From positions 1,680,757 to 1,744,756 of the forward strand of contig JAAOMT010000134.1 in the NCBI GenBank assembly GCA_016748015.1: DNA of 64,000 bases. Direction: 5' to 3'. The notes under the pieces were generated by a model that was given only the letters and a program-made list of their open reading frames with translations, made no database searches and was not told the DNA's origin. A program made the translations under genes and the position numbers. This document shows positions 25,990 to 37,969 of this stretch, piece after piece. This stretch comes from Geosiphon pyriformis uo1 (lineage: Eukaryota; Fungi; Glomeromycota). Each line of letters starts with the position of its first letter. Position 1 is the stretch's first letter.

Positions 25990-28900
25990 GTAGCAGAATC
26001 AGAAAGTATAGGAGTAAACCATTTAGGATTCGCGAAATTCTTATTTCAACACTACTGTCAACACTTAGAATTAAATCACAATCATATATCAGTAGAATCA
26101 GCCTTCAATTTTTATGTCAATGAAAGAATTGCCTATTTGTTAGGGACATCAGTAAACACGGAATCAGCAAGAGAAACTTTCTACTATGAATTAATACAAA
26201 ACACTAGCTTACCAACAAATCATAATTTCGCATCCATCATTACTGAGATTAACAAAGAAATTGAACATCACACACAACAAAGATATCCAATTACTTACTC
26301 AAGTAAAGACAAAGAAAAACTACAAACACCAGCAGTAACACCTCAATAGATCCAACCACCCACTTGGAAGAAACACAGAGTTGAATCACCCACAAATCTA
26401 TCATATTATTATACTTCTGAAAGTGCCATCCATATCACATTACCAAACATGTCCACATCAAATATGACATCAACATTTGGACAATTTCCATTCCAAAATA
26501 AACAAAAGAAAACAGAATTACTAGGCCCATATGGCAAATATTTCGAAGGATTTCAATCACAAACACCAACACCATCAGGAATCTGATCACCACTACCTCC
26601 ACCAGATTTCGGGATAGCTGATCTATGAAAAGCATCAAAATCAAAAGAAAAAAAAAATTTGAGGATCAAGAATTTACTTATCAGAACCTAATTCCAGAAA
26701 ACCCAGAAGTTGAAACCCCGAACATTCAAACTCCGAAAAATACAAATCAAGAAAATCTGAAAATCAAAACTCCAAATATTCAAATACCATGGAATCGGAA
26801 TATTTTAAACTCCAATTTAATCAATCAACCAAACTTACCTTCAAATATCATCATAAATCAACCACCAATTGAACTAATTATTGAACCAATTCAATAACAG
26901 CCACTCTAGCAACCAATTCAACACCCACAACAGCCAATTCAACAGCCACCAGTACTACCTTTACAGCAACAACAACAACCCATGGCATTTGTACCAATCG
27001 CGAAACTTGAGAAGTTCACCAGCAAAAAGGACAATGCCCAGGCATAGATCAATGATGTCACCAAAGCAATCACAGCAAATAACTGGGATGACCAAAGAGC
27101 CCTCCAAGCAATTTCACACTTTCTCCAGAATACTGCTAATTCCTGGTATCAAAATTTAGCAGCCAGACCACAAACCTTTCAGGAATTCAAACTGGAGTTT
27201 TTGAAATATTTCAGTAATAATAATAGTATTAATCGCTTGGCCAACACTTTCATTACTATCAAATAAGGAGAAACTGAAGCAGTCACCACTTATCTGGGAT
27301 AATTTCATAGAAGTTTGCGACAGATTCAAGCAATCAATGCTAACTATTTTACAGCACCACAAATCTTCAACCAGTTTATCCATGGCCTGTGCAGTAGTAT
27401 CTTGTAGCATGTACATACATTGTATTCCAACACTCTTCAAGATGCAGTTATACATGCCAGAGATTTCGAGTCAGCAGAGTTAGAGGCCAATTATACTCAA
27501 GCTGTAAACCTAGTGATGAATGGACTATCTGAACTGGATTCCAAATTAAAACAATTCAGTGATTCAATTAATCAGAGATTAGAAGAATACTTAGCTAACA
27601 ATTGCACAATTTATTAGCCATTTCAATGACGCAATAATTTAGAAATCACAAATCACCCAGAAAATCAGTCGCATCTCTCATCATTCTTCAATCAGCCATA
27701 ACAGCAAAAGACACATATCTGCCACTATTGTGGTAAACAAGGACATTTGAAAATCAATTGTCAGTTAAGAATAGAAAACCAATGATCGGAAAATCAATAT
27801 CGAAACCCTGATCGCTGGTTTTCAACTCCAAGATATTAATCAAACGCAGAAATATATCAACCAAATTACATACCTATGACACAGCCACAAATTTATCAGC
27901 TGCCAATTTATTAGCCAACAGCACCCATCATTTATCACCCACAGTCTCAACCCATTTATCAGCTGCAGTCTCAGGTAATCTACCAGCCGCAACAAGTTCA
28001 AACATCACTGCAGAACTTACCTCAAAACGGAACTCAAAGGCCAAAACTGACACTGCAAAGCTGAAGATCATCAATGGTGGTCCATTAACCGATCTCCAGT
28101 TCCATGGCACAACCATCAAGTTTTTGACAACAGAATTTGGGTACCAGTTCCACCCAAAATCCGAATTCCCAACACTATTTAAGTCTCTTGGTTACTTCAG
28201 AAGATGCCACCTCCCACAACTCAGAATCCAATCAACAACTATTACTTACTAGTAACATACCTCCAGCCACTGTCACCAATGACAAAACATTGGCTGCCAT
28301 ATTCCCTTTTGAACTCAAGGAAACCACAATGGTACCACTATTCAATAGAGCCACCTTGAAGGAAAAACCCATCATAGCAATGTACACTAATGCGAAAGTC
28401 AATGGCCACTCCATCAAACTGATCCTAGATAGTGGATTAGCTGGCAGCATTATCACAAGACAATTCATGGATCAATTAGGTTGCTGAGTTGATCGAGCTG
28501 CTAGTGCAAGAATGATTACTGCCAATGGAGCAACCAAAACTCCTATTGGCAAAATTGACAACTTCCCTATAGAAGTCAATGGCATAATTATCCTAATCAA
28601 AGTACTAGTCATAGAAGCCACTTAGTACCAAGCACTAGTTGGTAATAACTAGCTCACCAAAACAAATGCCATCCTTAATTGAACCATTTAAGAGTTGTAA
28701 CTTAGCCAAAATGGCTAATACACATGAGTACTAGCAACATGTGGCCATTTTGAACCCAGTCACATGCCAGCCCCACTAATCGACTTGGAAGAAGAAAAGC
28801 TGAAACCCATCTGAGAAGCATACCAAATGTTGTGAATTAATGTCAATTACAATGAACTGCTGCCAATACTCATCTGAAATGACAATGACCAAGAAAAGGG

Positions 28901-31900
28901 AAAAAAAAAAGAAGAACTTATCTGGAACACTGACCAAGCCTGGGAAATCAACAATGATCAAGAAGACCCATCAACCTGAGAGTGGCAGGAAAGCAATTAA
29001 GAAAAAGAGAAGAAAAACGAAGAAAACCGACTTGAAACCAACAAAACCAACAAAGCCAGCACTAGTAACTGGAGAAAATCCTACTCAACCAACACCAGAC
29101 CAGAGCCACTGCATATTCCTCTCAAGTGCAAAGACTGCAACAAGAAATTGTCCTCAATGAAAGCTTGGATTACACCATACAAAGACTACTGGATGCACAC
29201 CCATTACTATTGCAAACCATGTTACTGCAAACACTATAAGTACTCCAAGAGACAAGGCAAGTGGGACAATAAATCATGTTTCACTTGTGGAAAACAACTG
29301 CTCGATAAAGGGATGTGAAATGACATTCTTGGTAGAGAAGAAATGTGTGACACTTTGTGCCAGTACACAATCTTCATCAGTGACTGGGTGAATCGTGGAA
29401 CACCCATTACAGCAGCCTGGTACCAAGCAATCTTTTACTTAGAAGATTATCCACATGACGAGGACAAGATCTGGCAAATGGCCAATGCCAAAGTAGAAGG
29501 CACTTTGCCCAGTAAAATTCTGGAAATCAAGAACAACCCTCCAGAACCAACAGACATTGTGTTGGTTCTCAACCCAGATATCTTTTTCGACTTAGAAAAC
29601 AGCCCAAAAGAATTCCATAAACACAATCAAAATCTAGCACCTACAAGAGAAGAGTAAGAGCAACGTTTGGAAAAAATCAATATCCAATTATGTGACCACT
29701 GTTTAATTTCATGTGACTTCCAATTCTGTGATGATTGTGATCTCATTTACAATCTACTACCATGTATAATCTACATGATCTTAGAAGAAGAAAAACCAAT
29801 CAACAGCTGCACATTGGAATCAGAATCAGTTTTCAATCCTGATTCAAACTCTGACAACAACAATAACAAAAACACCAGTTTCAGTTTTGTTCAAAACAAC
29901 AATGAAAACAACAGCAATTGGAACTCCAATTCAAACCCAGAAATATATATCGCACTTCTTAATCTCACCAAGGAGCAGACCTTAAAATAGTTCAGTGATA
30001 ATGAGGAAAAGATCATGCCAGAATGTGCACATGATACTGATGTTGGGTTTGATCTAAGGTATTCAGAGAAAAATGTCATCAAATTGGAGCCACGTTTGTG
30101 CACCTGTATTGATCTGAAAATAGCATTGGAAATACCAGCAACAACCATAGTTCAACTAGCTTTCAGAAGTAGTTTAGCAAAAAGAGGAATTACTATAAGA
30201 GAAGGAATAATTAACACTGGATATGTAGGAAATATTATGGCAATGCTACAAAATGACTCAGAAAAGACCTATATCATAGAACCAAATGAAAAGATAGTAC
30301 AGGCAATATTCCTGCCTCTGGTTAGAATAGCTCAGTTAGTACCAATGGGAAATAGGGAAGAATTAGGGATTACTGCTAGAGGAATACAGAGATTCGGATC
30401 AACAGATAGAATAGACATACCAGTTAATATGATGGAGAAAGTGGTTATTGACAAAGGAGAAATTATCTCAACTTGTCAATCAATTTCCATTCTATCATAT
30501 GACCAGTATATGTTATATATAAAAAGAGAAGTAAAGAATCAGGCTCAGTTGTTTGAAGCAGAAACCACCATTTGTAAATTAGGAGAGATTGGACTCACTA
30601 ATCTCTACATATCAGCCAAAAGTCCCAAAAACATCAAAATTCTCATCTACAACACAACTGAAAGTATCATTGAAATACCAAAGGAAACTATTATAAGATA
30701 TTTGACCACTGAAGTTGAGGATCAACCACCAAATCACATTCCAGACTTTCTGCAACTTTGTGGATATGTTGACATCACATCACAAACAATATATGGATGT
30801 AGCAAATGTTACTTGCTTTAATCAGAACAATTAGAACAGATGAACATAGAAAATTTAGATCTATTTCAATGGATACAACTCAAGATGTTATTCAATAATT
30901 TCAATGACATCTTTGCTAGTGAAAATGAATTTGGCCAAACCAATATCATCCAGCATCAGATCAAAACTGGAGATGCAATGCCAATTAAACAAAAAGCATA
31001 CAGAATACCACTAGCTAGCCATGAGATCATTTGTCAAAAAATCAACCGGATGCTTGACAATGGGCTAATTTAGCCATCAATGAGTCCATAGTTGTCACTA
31101 ATAGTATTAGTCTATAAGAAAAATGAAAAAATCCGTTTTTGTGTAGACTATTGAAAACTGAATAGAGTAACAAAAGATGATAACTATCCAATGCCAAAGA
31201 TCCAAGAACTATTCGATGCTTTTAGAAAAAATAAATAGTTCTCAATACTGGACTTAGATAGTGGTTACTAGCAAGTAGCCATGGATCCAGCTGACAAAGA
31301 AAAAACAGCATTCACCACAAGAGAAGAAAATTTTGAGTTTGAAGTCATGCCATTTGGCTTGATGAATGCTCCAGCAACATTCCAATGGCTCATAGAAATT
31401 TTTTATACTGGATTACTATGGAAATCAGTAGTTGTATACTTGGATGACACCAATGTGTTCTTAAAAACATTTGATGATCATCTGCACCATCTCCAACAAG
31501 TGTTCGAAAGATTAAGAAGAGCTGGATTGAAATTAAATGCAACCAAATGTTTCTTTGGAAAAACTGAACTCAAGTTTTTGGGACATATAGTGAGTAAAAA
31601 TGGAATCAAAACGGATTCAGACAAGATTGAGGTAGTTAAGAACTTTCTGGTACCAACCAACTTGACAGAACTAAGAGCATTTTTAGGTTTCGCAGGCTAT
31701 TATTGCCATTTTATCAAAGACTTTTTAAAACTGGCTCAGCCACTTCACCATTTACAAACCAAGAATGTGAAGTATAAATGGACTGAAGCTCAACAAGAAG
31801 TGTTTGACACATTAAGAAAAAAGCTTATCCAAGCTCCAGTATTGATGTATTCAGATTACAACAAACCATTTATAATCACTACTGATGCATTAGGTCAAAC

Positions 31901-32240
31901 ATTGGGAGCAGTACTATCACAGAAAAGATCAGATAGAAGAGAACATCCAGTAGCTTATGCCAGTAGAAGCTTAAGTCCAGCTGAGAAAAACTATGAAACT
32001 CCAGCACTAGAACACTTAGCTATTTATTGGGCTGTTATCAAATAAAAGGAATACTTGAGTCAAAAGTTTGAAGTGTACACTGATCACAAAGAATTAACTT
32101 CAATTCAGAAACAAGAATTTGCAAACAATCACTATGCCAGATGGAAAATAAAACTTTTACTATTCAATTATACAGTACATTATAAAAAAGGAAAAGACAA
32201 TAGAAATGCCAATGGACTGTTGTGAATGAGACAAATCTAA
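25990..32240 (+). pseudogene. E5 polyprotein ORF0-Gag-PR-Cys-rich-dUTPase-RT-RNase H
   Basis: CCHC CHYCGKQGHLKINC at ~27720; LILDSG at ~28420; dUTPase 30015-30410; RT VVVYLDDT; RNase H TTDAL..VAYASR. Confidence 0.92.
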
Positions 32241-32270
32241 AAACATTTCAACCCAAAAATATAACAAAAG

Positions 32271-33643
32271 ATGAACACACAAAAATACCAACAACTTCAG
32301 CATTATATAAATACTCATTCAAGGAGAAATTATCTCAAAAAGAACAAAACAATATAAAACAACAATCAAAATATTTTATCAATCATCAAAATATACTCTA
32401 CCAAAAAAACAGAAGAAATCCAAATCAACTAATCAGAGTAATCACAGAACCAGAGAAAAAGACAATATTATTTAACATGCACTCAAATTCAACAGCAGGA
32501 CATTTTCATAAAGAAGCAACCATAAAAAGAACCAGAAAAAGATATTATTGGCCATCAATGTATCCAGACATTATTCAATATGTTCAAAATTGTGATGCTT
32601 GTTAAAGAAGAAAAGGAACAAGACCAAGTAAACCATTAAGACCAATTAAAGTGGGACAACTATTTGATCACATTGGAATTGACTTAATCAGACCATTAAC
32701 AATCACCAGTAAAGACAACAAATATATTGCAGTAGTCATGGATTATTTCACTAAATGGCCAAAAGCAAAAGCCATTCAAAGAGCAGATGCAGAATCCATT
32801 GCCGAATTTGTCCATCAAAATTTAATATGTCAACATGAATGTCTAAAAGAACTACTATCAGATCAAAGAACTTATTTTGTGAACAGAACATTAACAGAAT
32901 TAAGTCAAAGATTTGGAATTAAAAGACCATTATCATCACCATACCATCCACAAATAAATGGCTTAGTTGAAAGATTTAATAGAACACTGTGTGAAGCAAT
33001 CACCAAAATCAGTAAAAAAAACCAAAATGAATGGGATTTGTTTATACCATCAGTATTATTTGCTTATTGAACAATAAGACAAGATACTATACAAGCAACA
33101 CCATTTGAATTGGTATATGGTAGGACAATAACATTACCAGTTGAGAGAAAGGTCGGCACATATCCAATTAAACCAATAACAAAAGCTAATTTCCAAGAAA
33201 CATTATTGAGAAGAATATATAACCTAATAGAACCACTAGAAAACAGATGACAAAAAGCAGCTGATAATATTCAAAAGTCTCAAGAAAAGCAAAAAAAACG
33301 ACACAATAACCAATTACCAGATAAACCAGTTGAATTCAAGATTAGAGACAAAGTACTTCTATATCATACCAAAGTAGAAAAATAATAAAGTGGAAAATTT
33401 GACCCCAAATGGAATAAACCATTTTACATAGAAGAAATTCTCGGAAATAAAGCTTATAAACTAAGATAGGACAACAAAATTTTAGCCAAAACAGCACATG
33501 ATGATTGACTGAAACTATATTACCAAATAGCATTATCATCTACCAATAACATTCCACAATTAGGAGTACAATGAATATTAGTTCAACCAGATGAGATTTC
33601 ACGAGATCTGGAACCAATCATAATCATTGGACCAAACACATAA
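32271..33643 (+). pseudogene. E5 integrase, separate ORF
   Basis: Own ATG 30 nt after the RNase H stop; HHCC and DDE motifs; ends LEPIIIIGPNT*. Confidence 0.9.
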
Positions 33644-33703
33644 AATCAAACAATAAAAGAGTATATAAAGACACAGTATATGTGACAAAGGCAACCAAGA
33701 AAA

Positions 33704-34338
33704 ATGAAAATACCAGATCATATTTATGCCATAGCTCAACAATTATTCCAGGTCTTAAGTCAACAATCTTTAGACATGGAAATTATTGTTAACAACCAAA
33801 CAATTTGTTATCAAAACACCAAAAAAAAGACAAAGAATACACCATATCAGTGGTTACTAAAGAATAATAAAAACTGGTCAGATAACATAATAAAAAAAGT
33901 AAAAAACACTTTTGGAAAAATACCTATTATGGCACCAACAGAAAAACTTACAAAAGAAAATTGGAAGCAATGGACAGAACAACTTTCAATATTATACTGT
34001 TATTACTAGTTAGGTTAAAAGTTGAATATTCAGAAGTTGTATATTGACAAATCCAAAAGAATATTTAACCAAAACATAATACAGCAAATTGAAAAATTTA
34101 TTGAAAAGAAGACAAACTTGACACTACATGTGAGAACAATTTATTGACTGCACAACATATTTCAGAACTATCCAAAAATATTGTTATATTCTAACATGGA
34201 AACCATAATCATTAATTAATAGGGAAAAATGAACAATACACAAGTAGAAGATGTGAAGAACAGAGTCGAACAAACAATACTTGAAAAAAAGTATTAGAAT
34301 TAATTCAAAATGAAAATTTCAATGGAGCTCAATATTAA
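33704..34338 (+). pseudogene. E5 accessory ORF3
   Basis: MKIPDHIYAIAQQLFQ...ENFNGAQY*; stop abuts the PPT. Confidence 0.75.
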
Positions 34339-34351
34339 AAGAAGAAGATAA

Positions 34352-35258
34352 TGTTACTCATAAAAAGAAGACAGATATAGAAAATAGCAGACCAATAAGA
34401 GAATAGTATTTAGCATATGAGCACATTGCTCAGCAATGTGGAGCAATGTCAGAAATCATGGCATATTGCTTAGCAATGTAAAGCAATGTCAGAAAACATG
34501 GCATATTGCTCAGCAATATAGAGCAATGTTAGAAAATTAGAGCACATTGCTTAGCAATATAAGCATTGCTCAAAAAATCATAGCACATTGCTCAGAAATA
34601 TGAGCAATCTCATAGAACATCAATTATATATATATAGTGGTAGCATTAGAAGTAGAAAAGAAAGAATTCTTAATTAGAAGACCTCTCCATTTAGATTTTA
34701 TCTAAGCAACTTTCCAAATCACAAATATTAATAAATAATTATTCACTATCTCAATCCATTCTCTATTATCAACACTTCATGTTAATAGTAATTGATACTT
34801 AACCATACTGGAACAATAGCTCTTAATCATGGCTATTGACGAGATACTAACTTGCAATTGTTTTTTTTGTTAATTTCTTTATCTTTTTTTATTTCCTTTT
34901 ATTTCTTTTGTTATTTCTTTGGTTTTACTAAAATTGATTAAGGATTAAGTGCTGAGATACAGACATTATAGAAACTGGTAAAAGACCTGTGAAACAAGGG
35001 TAGAACACTCATAAATTTGAGGATAACTTACTAGAAGGATTACCAGCCATCACACTGAGAAAAAAATTTGACAAAACTGTGGTTTCAGAAAGTTATGGAT
35101 AAAACCATTAATTAAATCTCTGTCTATTATACAAAGAACTCCACTCTAAAATCTTTAGATACAACCAATGTATCAATGTTACCAGCCTTGTCAAAATATT
35201 GAGTGCCAAGTTACAGATTTGTTATTTGATTTGAGACCCCAAATAATTATCTGTAACA
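34352..35258 (+). repeat. E5 3' LTR (one extra 40-bp U3 unit versus the 5' LTR)
   Basis: 907 bp versus 867 bp; direct repeat. Confidence 0.95.
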
Positions 35259-36502
35259 GCATATAAAGTACCACCAACCAGCCATAAAATCATTCATTAA
35301 GAAATTAACCAAATGCTTGACAATGGGTTAATTCAGCCATCAATAAGCCCATGGTTATCACCAGTGGTACTAGTTCATAAGAAGAATAGAAAATTCTGCT
35401 TTTGTGTAGATTACTGGAAACTGAATGAAGTAATCAAAAAAGATAGCTATCCAATACCAAAGATCCAAGAGCTGTTTGATGTTTTTGGAAGAAAGAAATG
35501 ATTCTCAACTTTAGACTTAGACAGTGATTACTGGCAAGTAGCTATGAAACCAGAAAATAAAGAGAAAACAGCATTTACAACTTGAAAAAAAAATTTTGAA
35601 TTTGAAGTAATGTCATTTGGCTTAATAAATACTTGAGCCACTTTCTAGTGACTTATGAAAATTGTTTATACTGGGCCACTATAGAAATCAGTAGTTGTAT
35701 ACTTGGATAACACCAACATGTTTTCAAAAACATTTGATGATTATTTGTATTATCTCTAACAAGTATTTGAAAGACTCAGATAAGCAGAATTAAAATTGAA
35801 TGCAACTAAGTGTTTCTTTGGAAAAACTGAACTTAAGTTTTTGGGACATATTGTAAGCAAAGACGAAATTAAAACAGACCCAGATAAAATTGAGATTGTC
35901 AAAAACTTTCCAATACCAAATAATCTTACAGAATTAAGAACATTCTTGGAATTTGCCAGATACTACTATCACTTTATCAAAGACTTCTTCAAAATAGCTC
36001 AACTATTACACCAGCTCCAAACAAAAAACACCAAATATAAATAGACAGAAACTCAGCAAAAAGCTTTTGATACATTAAGAAGAAAGCTTATTCAAGCTCC
36101 AATATTAATCTATCTGAATTATAGCAAGCCATTTATAATCACAACAGATACATCTGGTCAAGCATTGGAAGCAGTATTATTTCAGAAAAAATTGGATGGA
36201 CAAGAACATCCAGTAGCTTATGCCAGTAAAAGCTTAAGTTCAGCTGAAAAAAACTATAGAACTCTAGCACTGGAACATTTAGCAATTATTAGATTGTTAC
36301 CAAATGGAAAAAATACTTGAATCAAAAGTTTGATGTGTATACTAATCATAAAAGATTGACTTTGATCCAAAAACAAAAATTTGGAGATGATTGCCATGTC
36401 AGATGGAAAATAGAACTTTCACTATTTAATTATACAGTACATTATAAAAAAAGAAAAAAAAATGGAAATGCTAACAGATTGTTGCAAATAAGACAAGTCT
36501 AA
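35259..36502 (+). pseudogene. E3 RT-RNase H
   Basis: SPWLSPVVLV, FCVDY, VVVYLDN, TTDTSG; ends QIRQV*. Confidence 0.9.
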
Positions 36503-36532
36503 AAACATTTTAACCCAAAAATATAACAAAAG

Positions 36533-37909
36533 ATGAATATACAAAAATATCAACAACTCCAATATTATATAAATACTAAATTGTTCAAGAAAAAATTATC
36601 TTAAAAAGAACAAAAGAACATAAAACAACAATCAAAATATTTTATCAATCATCAAAATATACTTTACCAGAAAAACAAAAGAAATCCAGATCAACCAACC
36701 AGAGTAATTACAGAATCAGAGAAAGAGACAATATTATTCAACATGCACTCAGATCCAACAGCAGGACATTTCCATAAAGAAACAATCATGGAAAGAATCA
36801 GAAAAAGATACTATTGGCCATTAATGTATTCAGACATTATTCAATATGTTCAAAGTTGTAATGCTTGTCAAAAAAGAGGTGGAACAAAACCCAGTGAATC
36901 ATTAAAACCAATCAAAGTGAGACAACCATTCAATTGTATTGGAATTGACTTAGTTAGACTATTAACAATTACCAGCAGAGGCAACAGATATATTGCAGTA
37001 GCCATGAACTATTTCACAAAATGGCCAAAAGCAAAAGCCATTCAAAGAGCAAATGCAAAATCCATTGCCAAATTTGTTTATCAAGATTTGATTTGTCAAC
37101 ACAAATGTCCAAAAAAACTATTATCAGATCAAGGAACTCACTTTGTAAATAAAATATTGACAGAATTAAGTCAAAGATTTGAGATAAAAAGACCATTATT
37201 ATCACCATATTATCCACAAACCAATGGACTAGTTGAAAGATTCAATAGAACATTATGTGAAGCAATTACCAAAATCAGTTAAGAAAACCAAGATGAATGG
37301 GATTTGTTTATACCATCAGTATTATTTGTTTACAGAACAATGAAACAAGACACTACATAAGCAACACCATTCGAATTAGTATATAATAGAACAGCAACAT
37401 TACCAGTTGAAATAGAAGTCAAAACATATTCAACAGAACCAATAACAGAAGAGAATTTTCAAAGAACATTGTTGAGAAGAACATATGACTTAATGGAGAC
37501 ATTAAAAAACACATGGTGAAAAGCAGCTGATAACATCCAAAAGTCACAAGAAAACCAAAAAGAAAGACACAATAACCAACTACCAAAGAAACCAGTTGAA
37601 TTCAAGATTGGAGACAAAGTACTTCTATATCATACTAAAGCAGAAAAACAATAAAATAAAAAATTTAACCCCAAATGGGACAGACCATTTCACATAGAAG
37701 AAATTCTTAGAAATAAAGCTTATAAATTAAGGTTGAACAACAAAATTTTAACCAAAGCAGCACATGGTAATCAACTAAAACAATATTACCATATAGTATC
37801 ATTATCTACCAGTAATATTTCACAATTAGGAGTACAGAGAATACTAGTTAACTCAGATAAGATTCCACAAGATCTAGAACCAATTATAATTATTGAACTA
37901 AACACATAA
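36533..37909 (+). pseudogene. E3 integrase, separate ORF
   Basis: ATG at 36533; MHSDPTAGHF..CNAC; SDQGTHF; QTNGLVERFNRTL. Confidence 0.9.
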
Positions 37910-37969
37910 AATTGAACAATCAAAAGAGTATATAAAGACATGATATATGTGACAAAAAACAGAAAAAAA

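Larger units (their letters stand above)
25064..35258 (+). mobile_element. E5: complete family B LTR element (~10.2 kb) with 4-bp TSD GTAT/GCAT
   Basis: LTRs at 25064-25930 and 34352-35258, PBS 25931-25948, PPT ~34337-34351. All domains present. Confidence 0.95.

Noticed and set aside
30015-30410. dUTPase as a defence against the C>T hypermutation
   Set aside because: dUTPase limits dUTP incorporation and does not reverse cytosine deamination in DNA; there is no evidence linking the two.
33704-34338. Calling ORF3 an env gene
   Set aside because: Too short, with no signal peptide, furin site or transmembrane helix visible.
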